The notes below the pieces were generated by a model. It was not told the origin of the DNA, searched no databases, and was given only the letters and a program-made list of their open reading frames with translations. Positions 1-8,389 of a DNA stretch of 29,097 nucleotides are shown piece after piece. Where the stretch lies: the NCBI GenBank assembly GCA_030637655.1, contig DAOWGI010000073.1, forward strand, positions 1 to 29,097, written 5' to 3'. The DNA comes from a candidate division FCPU426 bacterium. GTDB lineage: Bacteria; Oederibacteriota; JAAXVQ01; JAUVAV01. Each line of letters starts with the position of its first letter. The stretch's first letter is position 1. Position numbers and translations under genes: made by a program.

Positions 1-25
1 AAAATATTCGGGCTCTGTTTCGGGC

Positions 26-191
26 GTAACAGATCAGTTATGCGTTTTTTTGTTTGTCATCCCTGAATGCAGCCCCTACCCTGTCATCCCCGAATGCTTG
101 TATCGGGGATACGGTTTTAAAAAACCAGATTCCCGATTAAACCGTTCGGGAATGACAACCTTTGTTTAACTGCAGTTCACTGACATGTTAC
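26..191. mobile_element. Putative MITE (166 bp) with imperfect TIRs and an 8-bp target-site duplication
   Basis: Left end GTAACAGATCAGT (26-38) versus reverse complement of the right end GTAACATGTCAGT (11/13 match). TTTCGGGC lies immediately outside both ends (18-25 and 192-199). No ORF inside. Confidence 0.6.
83..156. repeat. GTCAT...ATGAC palindromic repeat pair
   Basis: GTCATCCCCGAATGCTTGTATCGGGGAT (83-110) and GATTCCCGATTAAACCGTTCGGGAATGAC (128-156) are each hairpins and face each other in inverted orientation. A partial copy GTCATCCCTGAATGC lies at 56-70. Confidence 0.75.
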
Positions 192-246
192 TTTCGGGCT
201 CTGTTTGCAGTTGACCGGCAATTCGTGCCTCTGTTACTATGAAAAT

Positions 247-373
247 AAAATACAGAAGTCAGAATACAGAATACAGCAGAAATGCAAAACCTGCTGTATT
301 TTTAAAATTCAGAAATGTGACGGTTTTTGATTTTGATCTTCTACTGGCTCCTGAATTCTGACTTCTGTATTCT
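247..373. repeat. Inverted repeat built from heptamer tandem units (AATACAG/AAGTCAG)
   Basis: AAAATACAGAAGTCAGAATACAGAATACAGCAGAA (247-281) versus reverse complement of 339-373, AGAATACAGAAGTCAGAATTCAGGAGCCAGTAGAA. Confidence 0.8.
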
Positions 374-392
374 TGGAGATGGGAGAAAATTC

Positions 393-1394
393 ATGTTAAA
401 AATATTAGTTACCGGCGCGGCCGGATTTATTGGTTCACATGTGGCGCAACGCTGTCTGGAATTGGGGATGGAGGTGGTGGCCACGGACGATCTTTCCGGT
501 GGATTTCAGGAAAATGTGCCGGAAAAAGCAACTTGGGTTCAAGGGGATATCCAGGATGATTTGTTTGTGAAATCTTTGTGGGGAAAGTACGGACCTTTTG
601 ATTATGTGTACCACATTGCAGCTTATGCGGCTGAAGGTCTCTCGCATTTTATCCGCCGCTATAATTATATGAACAACCTGGTCGCATCGATAAATTTACT
701 TAATGCTTCAGTGAAAAACAATGTGAAGTGTTTTATTTTCACCTCTTCTATTGCTGTTTATGGAACCAATCAATTGCCCATGACCGAAGATCTGATCCCG
801 CAACCGGAAGATCCGTACGGCATATCCAAATATGCGGTGGAATTAGATTTGAAAGCCGCGTATGAGATGTTCGGCTTGAATTATGTGATATTTAGACCGC
901 ACAATGTGTACGGTGAAAAACAAAACATTAGTGACAAATACCGCAATGTGATCGGGATTTTTATGAATCAGGTTTTGCACAAGAAACCCATGACTATTTT
1001 CGGGGATGGGGAGCAGACCCGTGCGTTTTCGTATATTGATGACGTGGCGCCCATTATCGCCAAAGCACCGCAAGTTCAGGAAGCCTATCAAAAGACTTTT
1101 AATATCGGCGCTGACACACCTTACTCAGTGGTTACTCTAGCTGAAGAAGTGGCCAAGGCGTTTGAGGTGGAATGCCAGGTCCAACATCTGGACGCACGCA
1201 ATGAGGTGGTACACGCGTTTGCGGATCATTCGCAGGTTAGGAAAATATTTACGTCAAATCGGGAACCCATCAGTCTGGCCGAGGGAATTGGCAGGATGGC
1301 TGCCTGGGTAAAAGCACGCGGTCCCATGTTGCCGGTGACCTATGACAACATTGAGATCGTGAAGAACTTGCCGCCCAGTTGGAGACCTAAATAG
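393..1394 (+). CDS. NAD-dependent epimerase/dehydratase (UDP-glucose 4-epimerase-like extended SDR)
   Basis: TGAAGFIG Rossmann motif, SS..VYG, YGISK (YxxxK), NVYG. Start moved to ATG 393, which follows GGGAGA at 381-386. The 327 extension only reads through the heptamer repeat. Confidence 0.92.
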   Translation: MLKILVTGAAGFIGSHVAQRCLELGMEVVATDDLSGGFQENVPEKATWVQGDIQDDLFVKSLWGKYGPFDYVYHIAAYAAEGLSHFIRRYNYMNNLVASINLLNASVKNNVKCFIFTSSIAVYGTNQLPMTEDLIPQPEDPYGISKYAVELDLKAAYEMFGLNYVIFRPHNVYGEKQNISDKYRNVIGIFMNQVLHKKPMTIFGDGEQTRAFSYIDDVAPIIAKAPQVQEAYQKTFNIGADTPYSVVTLAEEVAKAFEVECQVQHLDARNEVVHAFADHSQVRKIFTSNREPISLAEGIGRMAAWVKARGPMLPVTYDNIEIVKNLPPSWRPK

Positions 1395-2362
1395 TGTCCA
1401 TCTCTGTCATTGTTTCCAACTTTAATGGGGAAATTTATTTGGAGAAATTGATCCGATCTTTACGCACGCAAAAAGAGGTGGGGCTGGAAATCATTGTTGT
1501 GGACCGTGAAAGTCAGGATCGCTCCCTGGAAATTCTTAAAGCGTATCCGGATATCAAAGTAGTGACAGAACCGCCGCAAAGCGGTTTGGTTTCCGGTTAT
1601 ACCCGCGGCCTGGAAGTCGCAACGCATGACCTGATATTTTTCTGTAATGAGGACATCTATCTGGACGAGCACTGTCTTTCCCGCCTGCAAAAAGCCATTG
1701 GGTTGGAAAACAGAATCTGTGCGGCAGATCCCTGGCAATGGGATTATCAAGGTCAAAAATTGTTGCACGGCGAAACGCGTTTTATTAAGAAGAAATGGGC
1801 CCTGCATTCCAGCTATCCTTTTCGGGAGTATAACTTTTGGCAGGAATTAAAAACCAATGATATGGTTCCATTTGCCTGTGCCGGCGCGTTCATGATTCAT
1901 AGAAAAGCATTTGAGGAGGCAGGCGGCTGGGACACCTCGTTTTTTATTGATAATGAGGACGTGGATCTGTTTCTGCGTTTGTGGCAAAAGCGCTGGTATT
2001 GTGTCAATGTGCCGGAAGCCAAGGTCTATCATGATGTAGGTGGATCTGCTAAAAAAATCATTCCCAAAACAAAAACTCCGGTAAGCCGCAGGCGCTACAT
2101 TTCCGATTGGTCCAGCAAACTGGTGATTGCTTTTAAATATTTTAGCCTGCCGTATGTATTTTTAGGCTGGCTAAACACTATGCTGCGCAGCCTGAATCAT
2201 TTACGCCATTTGCGTTTGCGCTGTTTCTTATGGGATTTTTTAGTTATGTGTGAATTTGTGAAACGCAAACCCGGAGTGTTGGCCTATCGTTGGCGCAACC
2301 GCAAAATCAATAAAACCCATCCTGGTGAAAAGTTTTTTACGGATGAAAGATATCAGGCATAA
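1394..2362 (+). CDS. Glycosyltransferase family 2
   Basis: ISVIVSNFNG, EIIVVD..SQD, FFCNED, GAFMI, GGWD..FF..NEDVDL motifs. The GTG start overlaps the upstream TAG (TAGTG), suggesting translational coupling. Confidence 0.9.
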   Translation: MSISVIVSNFNGEIYLEKLIRSLRTQKEVGLEIIVVDRESQDRSLEILKAYPDIKVVTEPPQSGLVSGYTRGLEVATHDLIFFCNEDIYLDEHCLSRLQKAIGLENRICAADPWQWDYQGQKLLHGETRFIKKKWALHSSYPFREYNFWQELKTNDMVPFACAGAFMIHRKAFEEAGGWDTSFFIDNEDVDLFLRLWQKRWYCVNVPEAKVYHDVGGSAKKIIPKTKTPVSRRRYISDWSSKLVIAFKYFSLPYVFLGWLNTMLRSLNHLRHLRLRCFLWDFLVMCEFVKRKPGVLAYRWRNRKINKTHPGEKFFTDERYQA

Positions 2363-2376
2363 AGGCAAAGGCGCTC

Positions 2377-2403
2377 ACCGCTGAGACGCAGAGGACACAG
2401 AGA
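2377..2403 (+). repeat. Nonamer-unit tandem repeat (one arm only)
   Basis: ACCGCTGAG-ACGCAGAG-GACACAGAG-A. No inverted partner seen nearby. Confidence 0.45.
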
Positions 2404-2478
2404 AAAGCAAAATAGGGTAAAGGCAAATTTGGAATTAGAAACAAATCCGAAAAGACAAAAATCAAAACCAATCAATGC

Positions 2479-2501
2479 GTAGGGGCGAGGTCATCTCGCC
2501 C
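2479..2501 (+). repeat. GTAG-type REP-like palindrome
   Basis: GTAG followed by the hairpin GGGCGAGG-TCA-TCTCGCCC, between convergent genes. Confidence 0.75.
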
Positions 2502-2546
2502 ATCAGTTCGCCGTTTAACAAAAGTATAAAAACATATTCTGTTGGT

Positions 2547-4280
2547 CTAGATAATCAGATCCTCAATCAATTTTTCTTCCGCAGGCTGCCAGGGAGAGGT
2601 TTGCATAATGCGGTGAATCTGTTGCAGGAAAATTTTACGAGCAACAGTATTTTTAGTATTTTCGTAAACAGATACCAATTGTTCCAACGGAAGCAGCAAC
2701 TTGGGATGGTTTTTACCATAAATGGAAGTAGCTGTTTTAATAGATTGTAAGAGAGCGCTTTCCGCGTCAGCATAGTTATTCCGGAAAACATAGAGATCCG
2801 AAATTTGATTTAAATACTCCGCGTAGATGGCATTTTGCTTGCCAATGGCTTTTTCCACAATGCTCAATGATTTGAAGAGATATATTTCCGCTTCCTGCAG
2901 ATTGGCTTGGGAAAAATATATTTTGCCTAATAGTTGCGCGGATTGGGCTGTGGCAGTATGTTCGTAGCCGTAATAGGTTTGGTTGATGGTGTGGGCGTGT
3001 CTAGTGAGTGCCGCAGCTTTCCGGTATTGATGTTTGAGAAAATGCATTTCTCCCAGTTTGAGAAAAATGGAGGAGGCCAAGGGGCTCTCGCTGCCCAGGA
3101 TGGGTTCAACAATCTCTTTGGCTTGGGTGTAGTATTGGTTGGCTTGTTCGGCATCATACTGATCTTTATAAAAATCTCCCAGGCGTTCCAAATACGGATA
3201 CGCTTGAATGGTATATCCGTTTCCTGCTTTGAGGATAAGACGTAAGGCCTCGCGGTGATATTTTGCGGACATTTCGAATTTGCAGAAGACCTGATAGACT
3301 ACGCCTAAGTTGCTATAGATTCCAGCCACGTTGCTCAAAATGACCGGATGTTTAAAATTGTCTTTATACTTGTCCAACATGAGCAGGCAATTGTTGGCTT
3401 CGGGTTTGGCCAGGTCATAGCGCCCCTGATACAGATAATTGGAAACCTGATTGTTCAGCATGAAAATGACAAATAGATGTTCGGGTCCGAAACGGATTTG
3501 GTAGAGCTCCAACAATTCCTGCGTGAGCTGCTGCGCGTCCTGATAATTGCCGGCTTTTAATTTAAATTCGATCAATTCGGATTGTAGCGCTATGGTGTAA
3601 TGATGGTCTTTGCCGTGTTTTAATTCGGATAATTTCAGTGTGCTCTCATTTAGATAAATGCTCAAATCAAAATGGCCGTTCAAATAGGCCGCCTGATAAT
3701 CTTTGCGCAATAGTTTGAATTCACGCCATAAGATATCCGGTTGGAATACAGCATAAACGATGGAGTTTATCTCCGCTCTAAGCACCCGTGTTTTGAATAA
3801 ATGAATGCCAAACAGGGAAGGAAAGCAGAGGGTGAGGAGTAAACAGATTCCGATTAATAAGGCGGGACTCTGCCAACGGGTTCCACCGTTATGTTGCAGA
3901 ACCAGATGGAGTTGTTCGGTAGAAAGCTGATCGCGTTTTCCTTGTGTGATCAGCCGGTTCAACCGGGCGAAATGAATCAGATTGGCGAATAGACCGGGAA
4001 AGAGCATGAGTTCGAAAATGAAGGTGAAGTGCAAAGGATTGGTGGTGAAGATGAAATCACCCAATAGATAGGCAATTGCCAATACTGATCCCCAGGAATA
4101 CTGTTTGTGGTAAAAAAACCAGAAGGGTCCGAATGAAAAAGCCGACCAATTCCACTGGCTGAAAATACCGGCGAATTTCCACTTATAAAAAAAATAACGG
4201 TAATTTTTCCCGGTAAAACGTTTGATGTGTTCTTCGGTGATATCCGGGAATAGTGTTGCGAATGTTTTTTTTATGGACAT
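2547..4280 (-). CDS. Membrane protein with an N-terminal DUF2628-like domain and a C-terminal TPR array (kinesin-light-chain-like ~42-aa repeats)
   Basis: WNWSAFSFGPFWFFYHKQY motif, about three hydrophobic segments, then repeats such as GPEH..VIFMLNN, YGYEHTATAQSAQLLG and YGKNHPKL. Confidence 0.8.
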   Translation of the reverse strand: MSIKKTFATLFPDITEEHIKRFTGKNYRYFFYKWKFAGIFSQWNWSAFSFGPFWFFYHKQYSWGSVLAIAYLLGDFIFTTNPLHFTFIFELMLFPGLFANLIHFARLNRLITQGKRDQLSTEQLHLVLQHNGGTRWQSPALLIGICLLLTLCFPSLFGIHLFKTRVLRAEINSIVYAVFQPDILWREFKLLRKDYQAAYLNGHFDLSIYLNESTLKLSELKHGKDHHYTIALQSELIEFKLKAGNYQDAQQLTQELLELYQIRFGPEHLFVIFMLNNQVSNYLYQGRYDLAKPEANNCLLMLDKYKDNFKHPVILSNVAGIYSNLGVVYQVFCKFEMSAKYHREALRLILKAGNGYTIQAYPYLERLGDFYKDQYDAEQANQYYTQAKEIVEPILGSESPLASSIFLKLGEMHFLKHQYRKAAALTRHAHTINQTYYGYEHTATAQSAQLLGKIYFSQANLQEAEIYLFKSLSIVEKAIGKQNAIYAEYLNQISDLYVFRNNYADAESALLQSIKTATSIYGKNHPKLLLPLEQLVSVYENTKNTVARKIFLQQIHRIMQTSPWQPAEEKLIEDLII

Positions 4281-4445
4281 GATTTGAAATCCTTTTTGGT
4301 AATCACGACAATTATAACAAAAAAACAGGCCGGAAGGTGTTTAAGTGCGTTCCCAGGATAGAGGATTCCGGGCTTTATTCTCCTTTTATTTTAGCGTATA
4401 ATTCAGGTTTTTATAAGCTGTGATCAATACGTGAGGATGTGACCA

Positions 4446-5549
4446 ATGCATTTTAAATATACGGTGATTGGTGCCGGGGTAGTAGGCTTGGCTATCGCGC
4501 GCGCCTTGTCAATGCGTTGTGGTGAAGACAATGACGTGCTGGTAGTTGAAAAAGAAAAAACTTTTGGTACCGGGATCAGCAGTCGGAACAGTGAAGTCAT
4601 TCATGCGGGAATATACTATGTGACCGGAAGTCTGAAACACCGGCTTTGTCTGCAAGGACGCCGTCTTCTGTACGACTACTGCCGGCAAAAATCGATTCTT
4701 TTTAACAAATGTGGAAAATTGATCGTGGCCACCGGTTCGGAAGAAATACAGGCTCTGGAAGGCGTTTATAAACAGGCACGTGCTAATGTGGTGGAACATG
4801 TCACCTGCCTGACGGCTGAGGAAACGCTGCAATTAGAACCGGATATTCAGGTATTCGCTGCCCTGTATTCAAAAGAAACCGGTATTTTAGACACCCATGC
4901 TTTTATGCAAAGCTTGGAATCCGATGTGCAGCAGCACAATGGGACTGTGGTGTACCATAGTGAAGTGATTGGCTTGAAACGTACTGCTGGAGGATTTGCT
5001 CTACGTATGCATGATGGGACGGAAATGACTTCCACAACTGTAATCAATTCCGCTGGGTTGCACGCTACCGCTGTGGCAGCTATGTTGGGTATTCATGCCG
5101 AAACTATGTATCCCTGCAAAGGTAATTATTTTTACTACAATGGTCCTCATCGCTGCCAACACTTGATCTATCCGGTGCCGGAGAAAAAATTAACCGGTCT
5201 GGGTGTGCATACGACCTTGGATTTGGGTGGACGTTTAAAATTTGGACCGGACACGGAATATGTGGATGCGACAGATGATTTTCAAGTACCGGAAAATAAA
5301 ACTGAGGCCTTCTATCAATCAGCGAAAAAGATACTTAACAATATTGAGTTGCAGCATTTATTACCGGATATGGCAGGTATCCGGCCCAAATTACAACGAC
5401 CTGAGGATAAACAGATACGGGATTTTTATATTCAGGAAGAACCTACGGTGTCTGGATTTGTTAATTTGCTGGGTATTGAATCACCAGGTCTAACCAGTGC
5501 CTTGGCGATTGGCGATTATGTGTGCAAGGATATACTGAAGCTGAAATAA
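4446..5549 (+). CDS. FAD-dependent oxidoreductase, L-2-hydroxyglutarate oxidase (LhgO)-like
   Basis: VIGAGVVGLA, ISSRNSEVIHAGIYY, CGKLIVA, LIYPVP, GLGVH.T.DLGG..KFGPD, GIRPK, GIESPGLTS. Confidence 0.88.
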   Translation: MHFKYTVIGAGVVGLAIARALSMRCGEDNDVLVVEKEKTFGTGISSRNSEVIHAGIYYVTGSLKHRLCLQGRRLLYDYCRQKSILFNKCGKLIVATGSEEIQALEGVYKQARANVVEHVTCLTAEETLQLEPDIQVFAALYSKETGILDTHAFMQSLESDVQQHNGTVVYHSEVIGLKRTAGGFALRMHDGTEMTSTTVINSAGLHATAVAAMLGIHAETMYPCKGNYFYYNGPHRCQHLIYPVPEKKLTGLGVHTTLDLGGRLKFGPDTEYVDATDDFQVPENKTEAFYQSAKKILNNIELQHLLPDMAGIRPKLQRPEDKQIRDFYIQEEPTVSGFVNLLGIESPGLTSALAIGDYVCKDILKLK

Positions 5550-5678
5550 ACCAAAGGAGATAGCACGATAAAGTATGGCTGAAAATGAGAAAACATCTTA
5601 AGTAAGGCTGGGAAGTTGTACGATAATATATTAGGATACAAATATGAGCGGTGAATATATCAAATGGAGGGTATTGCA

Positions 5679-7193
5679 ATGACAAAAATGTGTAAAGTAT
5701 TCAACCTTATCTTATGTGCAGGCGTATTGATAATCGCAGGTTGTGGGGGCCAACCGGGTGGTAATGTTGAACGTACGCTGACTAAAACACTCCAAACTGA
5801 ATTAACCGCTATCCCGATGGAAACCTTGAGTATTTCCCCTGATAATAAAACCATAGCCTATATCCTATCCGTTGAGGGGAAACAACAGATGGTGATCAAT
5901 GAGAAAAAGGGCAAAGTGTATGATGAGGTCGGTTGGTTGACCTTTAGTCCGGACGGAAAACGTTATATGTATGGCGCTTTAAAAGGAAAGACCTGGTATG
6001 TCGTGATCGACGGCAAGCGAAGCGCAGGATATAAAAGTGTGGCCGCGCTCAAGTTTAGTCCGAACGGTAAAAAGGCCTTGTTTGTGGGTGAGACCCAAGG
6101 CAAAGAATGTTTGGTTATCAATGGTAAAGCCGGTCCGCTATACCAAAAGGTGCTTCCGCCTGTATTCAGCAAAGACGGAAAGCGCATGGCCTATGCCGCA
6201 CAAATAGGAGATAAGATGCGGGTGGTGATGGATGGTAAACCCGGGGTGCTGTACAATGAAGTAGGAATACCCATTTTTAGTCCGGATGGCAGGCAGTATG
6301 CCTATCGTGCGGAAAAAGGCAGTAAGCAATATGTTATACGCAATGGGAAGAAGGAAAAAAATTATGGATTGATTGGCGAACCTGTGTTTAGTCCTGATAG
6401 TACAAAACTTGCTTATGCCGTGGTTATTGGAGCGGAGGAATACGTTGCCGTCAACGGAGAAGAATATGAGCCGGGCTTTAGTGTGATTATCAAAGATTCG
6501 GTAATTTTTAGTCCGGACAGCCAACGCATCGCCTTTATCATTAAGGAAAAGAAAAAGCAAGCGGTGGTCGTGGATCAGATACCTGGCAAGATGTATGGTG
6601 AAATTCTTCCCAAAACCATTGTCTTTAGCGCTGACTGTAAACGGGTGGCCTATGGAGTGAAACAGGAGAATCCGAAAGTCAAGAATCAATTTTTTCAATA
6701 TGTGGTAACCGACGGTGTGTTGGGGAAACTTTTTGATGTGATTGAACCGCCGGCTTTTTCAACGGATAGCCGGCATTGTATATATACAGCAGAAATTGAA
6801 AAAAAGATGGTAGTGGTAACCGATGGCAAAAGCAGCGGTAAGTACTCAATTGCGAAAAAACCGGTCTTTGGACCGCCAGGGACCTGGTATGCGTATCGCG
6901 CGAAAAAAGGAGCGAAATTATTTGTTGTTGCTAATGGAAAAACGCATCCTGCCTATGATGATATCTGGCCAATTACGTTTAGTAAAGATGGGAAGTATAT
7001 GCTCTATGTTGCTACCTTAGGAGATGATCGTTTTGTGGTGGTGAATGGCAATGAAGGTGAGAAATTTTATAATATTGTTGGTGGAAATGTTCGTTTTACC
7101 GGACCTGACCAGATACAATACGTTACTTTAACCAGAGCTGATGAAAAAGTGCAGTTTTATTCTGTGAAAGAGACATTAAAGCTTGAAAAATAA
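5679..7193 (+). CDS. Putative lipoprotein with ~37-aa WD40/PD40-like beta-propeller repeats
   Basis: GGAGG at 5666-5670 before ATG 5679. Signal peptide with lipobox IAG-C. About 11-12 repeats of FS(P/K)DG..hAY.A.....VV.(D/N)G..G..Y. Confidence 0.8.
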   Translation: MTKMCKVFNLILCAGVLIIAGCGGQPGGNVERTLTKTLQTELTAIPMETLSISPDNKTIAYILSVEGKQQMVINEKKGKVYDEVGWLTFSPDGKRYMYGALKGKTWYVVIDGKRSAGYKSVAALKFSPNGKKALFVGETQGKECLVINGKAGPLYQKVLPPVFSKDGKRMAYAAQIGDKMRVVMDGKPGVLYNEVGIPIFSPDGRQYAYRAEKGSKQYVIRNGKKEKNYGLIGEPVFSPDSTKLAYAVVIGAEEYVAVNGEEYEPGFSVIIKDSVIFSPDSQRIAFIIKEKKKQAVVVDQIPGKMYGEILPKTIVFSADCKRVAYGVKQENPKVKNQFFQYVVTDGVLGKLFDVIEPPAFSTDSRHCIYTAEIEKKMVVVTDGKSSGKYSIAKKPVFGPPGTWYAYRAKKGAKLFVVANGKTHPAYDDIWPITFSKDGKYMLYVATLGDDRFVVVNGNEGEKFYNIVGGNVRFTGPDQIQYVTLTRADEKVQFYSVKETLKLEK

Positions 7194-7211
7194 CGCCCTG
7201 CAGAATTGCTG

Positions 7212-7271
7212 CCGTAAGGCGTCCCTATATATCTTTTCCGGTCGGGGCCGCTAAAACCATGCGGGAATGAC
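7212..7271 (+). repeat. Small cassette (7212-7247) abutting or interrupting a GGGAATGAC-type palindrome
   Basis: CCGTAAGGCGTCCCTATATATCTTTTCCGGTCGGGG followed by CCGCTAAAACCATGCGGGAATGAC. 7221-7247 is identical to 9693-9719 over 27 bp. Confidence 0.8.
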
Positions 7272-7497
7272 ATAATTGCCTAAAATGGCTTTCCGCAACA
7301 GAAACTATCTGTGGATCCCCGGGAACGCGTCATCTAGACTAGATGTGTTTTCGGGGATTTTTTTTAAAAAAATACATATATTTCGAGAATTTTATGATTA
7401 TTATGATACTCTTGCTATAGTGCCGGAAAAATTGGGCACAGATTGTGCTTGGCCCGACTTCGTGCTGCTCTTTTTTTGCGCTATTCACGGAAAACCA

Positions 7498-7525
7498 TTG
7501 ACAAAGAGGGATATTTTCGTAAAAT
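7498..7525 (+). promoter_or_regulatory. Sigma70-type promoter for the tRNA cluster
   Basis: TTGACA (7498-7503), 16-bp spacer, TAAAAT (7520-7525), 20 bp upstream of tRNA-His. Confidence 0.7.
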
Positions 7526-7545
7526 ATACGTTCTGCAAAATTCAT

Positions 7546-7623
7546 GGTGGACGTAGCTCAGTTGGTTAGAACGCAAGGTTGTGGTCCTTGAGGTCGCGGG
7601 TTCGAGTCCCGTCGTCCACCCCA
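7546..7623 (+). tRNA. tRNA-His (GTG), with encoded G-1 and CCA
   Basis: Acceptor GTGGACG/CGTCCAC with G-1:C73 pair, anticodon arm CAAGG-TTGTGGT-CCTTG, T loop TTCGAGT, terminal CCA. Confidence 0.97.
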
Positions 7624-7648
7624 GTTTTTTGAGCTTTGCTCAAAAAAC
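7624..7648. other. Perfect 11-bp hairpin directly after the tRNA-His CCA
   Basis: GTTTTTTGAGC-TTT-GCTCAAAAAAC. Confidence 0.7.
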
Positions 7649-7672
7649 GGAGAAATTGAGATTCAAATAATT

Positions 7673-7771
7673 GTAGGGGCGATCTTTATGATCGCCCTCA
7701 AAATAGAAGAAGAGATTTGTTTATAGGGCGAACATATCCAAAATACGGGCACACGCAAGGTTCGCCCCTAC
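7673..7771. repeat. Inverted GTAG-REP doublet (REPIN-like) between tRNA-His and tRNA-Arg
   Basis: GTAGGGGCGATCTTTATGATCGCCC at the left end and GGGCACACGCAAGGTTCGCCCCTAC at the right end, with an internal partial GGGCGAAC. Confidence 0.75.
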
Positions 7772-7772
7772 T

Positions 7773-7848
7773 GCGCCTGTAGCTCAGTGGATAGAGCAAC
7801 AGCCTCCGAAGCTGTGTGTCGGACGTTCGATTCGTCTCAGGCGCACCA
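7773..7848 (+). tRNA. tRNA-Arg (CCG)
   Basis: Acceptor GCGCCTG/CAGGCGC, anticodon arm ACAGC-CTCCGAA-GCTGT, T loop TTCGATT, terminal ACCA. Confidence 0.97.
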
Positions 7849-7990
7849 CCCTGCACCAGACGGTGCAGGGCAGGTCCTGAATCCTACGTGGTTCCGGACA
7901 GAGAATTTGAGAATAGGCAGGGTGCAGTGCCTCGGTTCGTGGCGGGAATGTTTCTCGAGACGGCATGCGTGCCTTATTGAAAATTTAAAT

Positions 7991-8069
7991 TCAGAGCAGT
8001 AGAACAGGAGAACAGTTGACCGCAGGTTCGCATTTTTTAATCAACTGCTCAACTGCTCAACTGCTCTGA
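7991..8069. repeat. Inverted repeat built from octamer tandem units (TGAGCAGT)
   Basis: TCAGAGCAGTAGAACAGGAGAACAGTTGA (7991-8019) versus reverse complement of 8041-8069, TCAGAGCAGTTGAGCAGTTGAGCAGTTGA. Confidence 0.78.
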
Positions 8070-8088
8070 TGCTCGCGAAGCGAGCATC

Positions 8089-8164
8089 GGGTGCTTAGCT
8101 CAGCTGGTAGAGCAGCTGACTCTTAATCAGCGGGCCACAGGTTCGATCCCTGTAGCACCCACCA
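8089..8164 (+). tRNA. tRNA-Lys (CTT)
   Basis: Acceptor GGGTGCT/AGCACCC, anticodon arm GCTGA-CTCTTAA-TCAGC, T loop TTCGATC, terminal ACCA. Confidence 0.97.
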
Positions 8165-8300
8165 GATTGATTCCCCCCCGGTAATACCATTCCAGGGGGG
8201 GGCACTACTAAAAGGATTTATATTCGTTTTCTCGCACGACACACTACATGTCTAATGAAAAATAAAAAAAGGCAAGATTAAGATCGAAGGGAGGAAGAAT

Positions 8301-8384
8301 GCGAGGGTGGTGAAACTGGCAGACACGCTAGACTTAGGATCTAGTGCCTTTGGCATGCGGGTTCAACTCCCGCCCCTCGCACCA
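8301..8384 (+). tRNA. tRNA-Leu (TAG)
   Basis: Acceptor GCGAGGG/CCCTCGC, anticodon arm CTAGA-CTTAGGA-TCTAG, long variable arm TGCC-TTT-GGCA, T loop TTCAACT, terminal ACCA. Confidence 0.97.
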
Positions 8385-8389
8385 AACGT

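Noticed and set aside
4374-4402. Sigma70 promoter for the LhgO-like gene
   Set aside because: TATAAT is present at 4397-4402, but the -35 (TTTATT) is poor, so it was not called.
7435-7449. Possible sigma54 -24/-12 site GGCACAGATTGTGCT
   Set aside because: GG/GC spacing fits, but the match is imperfect (no TGG or TTGC), and a good sigma70 promoter lies just downstream.
7276-8002. Small ORFs 7276-7569, 7339-7545, 7784-7966 and 7787-8002
   Set aside because: They overlap the tRNA promoter or tRNA genes, lack an RBS and have non-protein-like composition.
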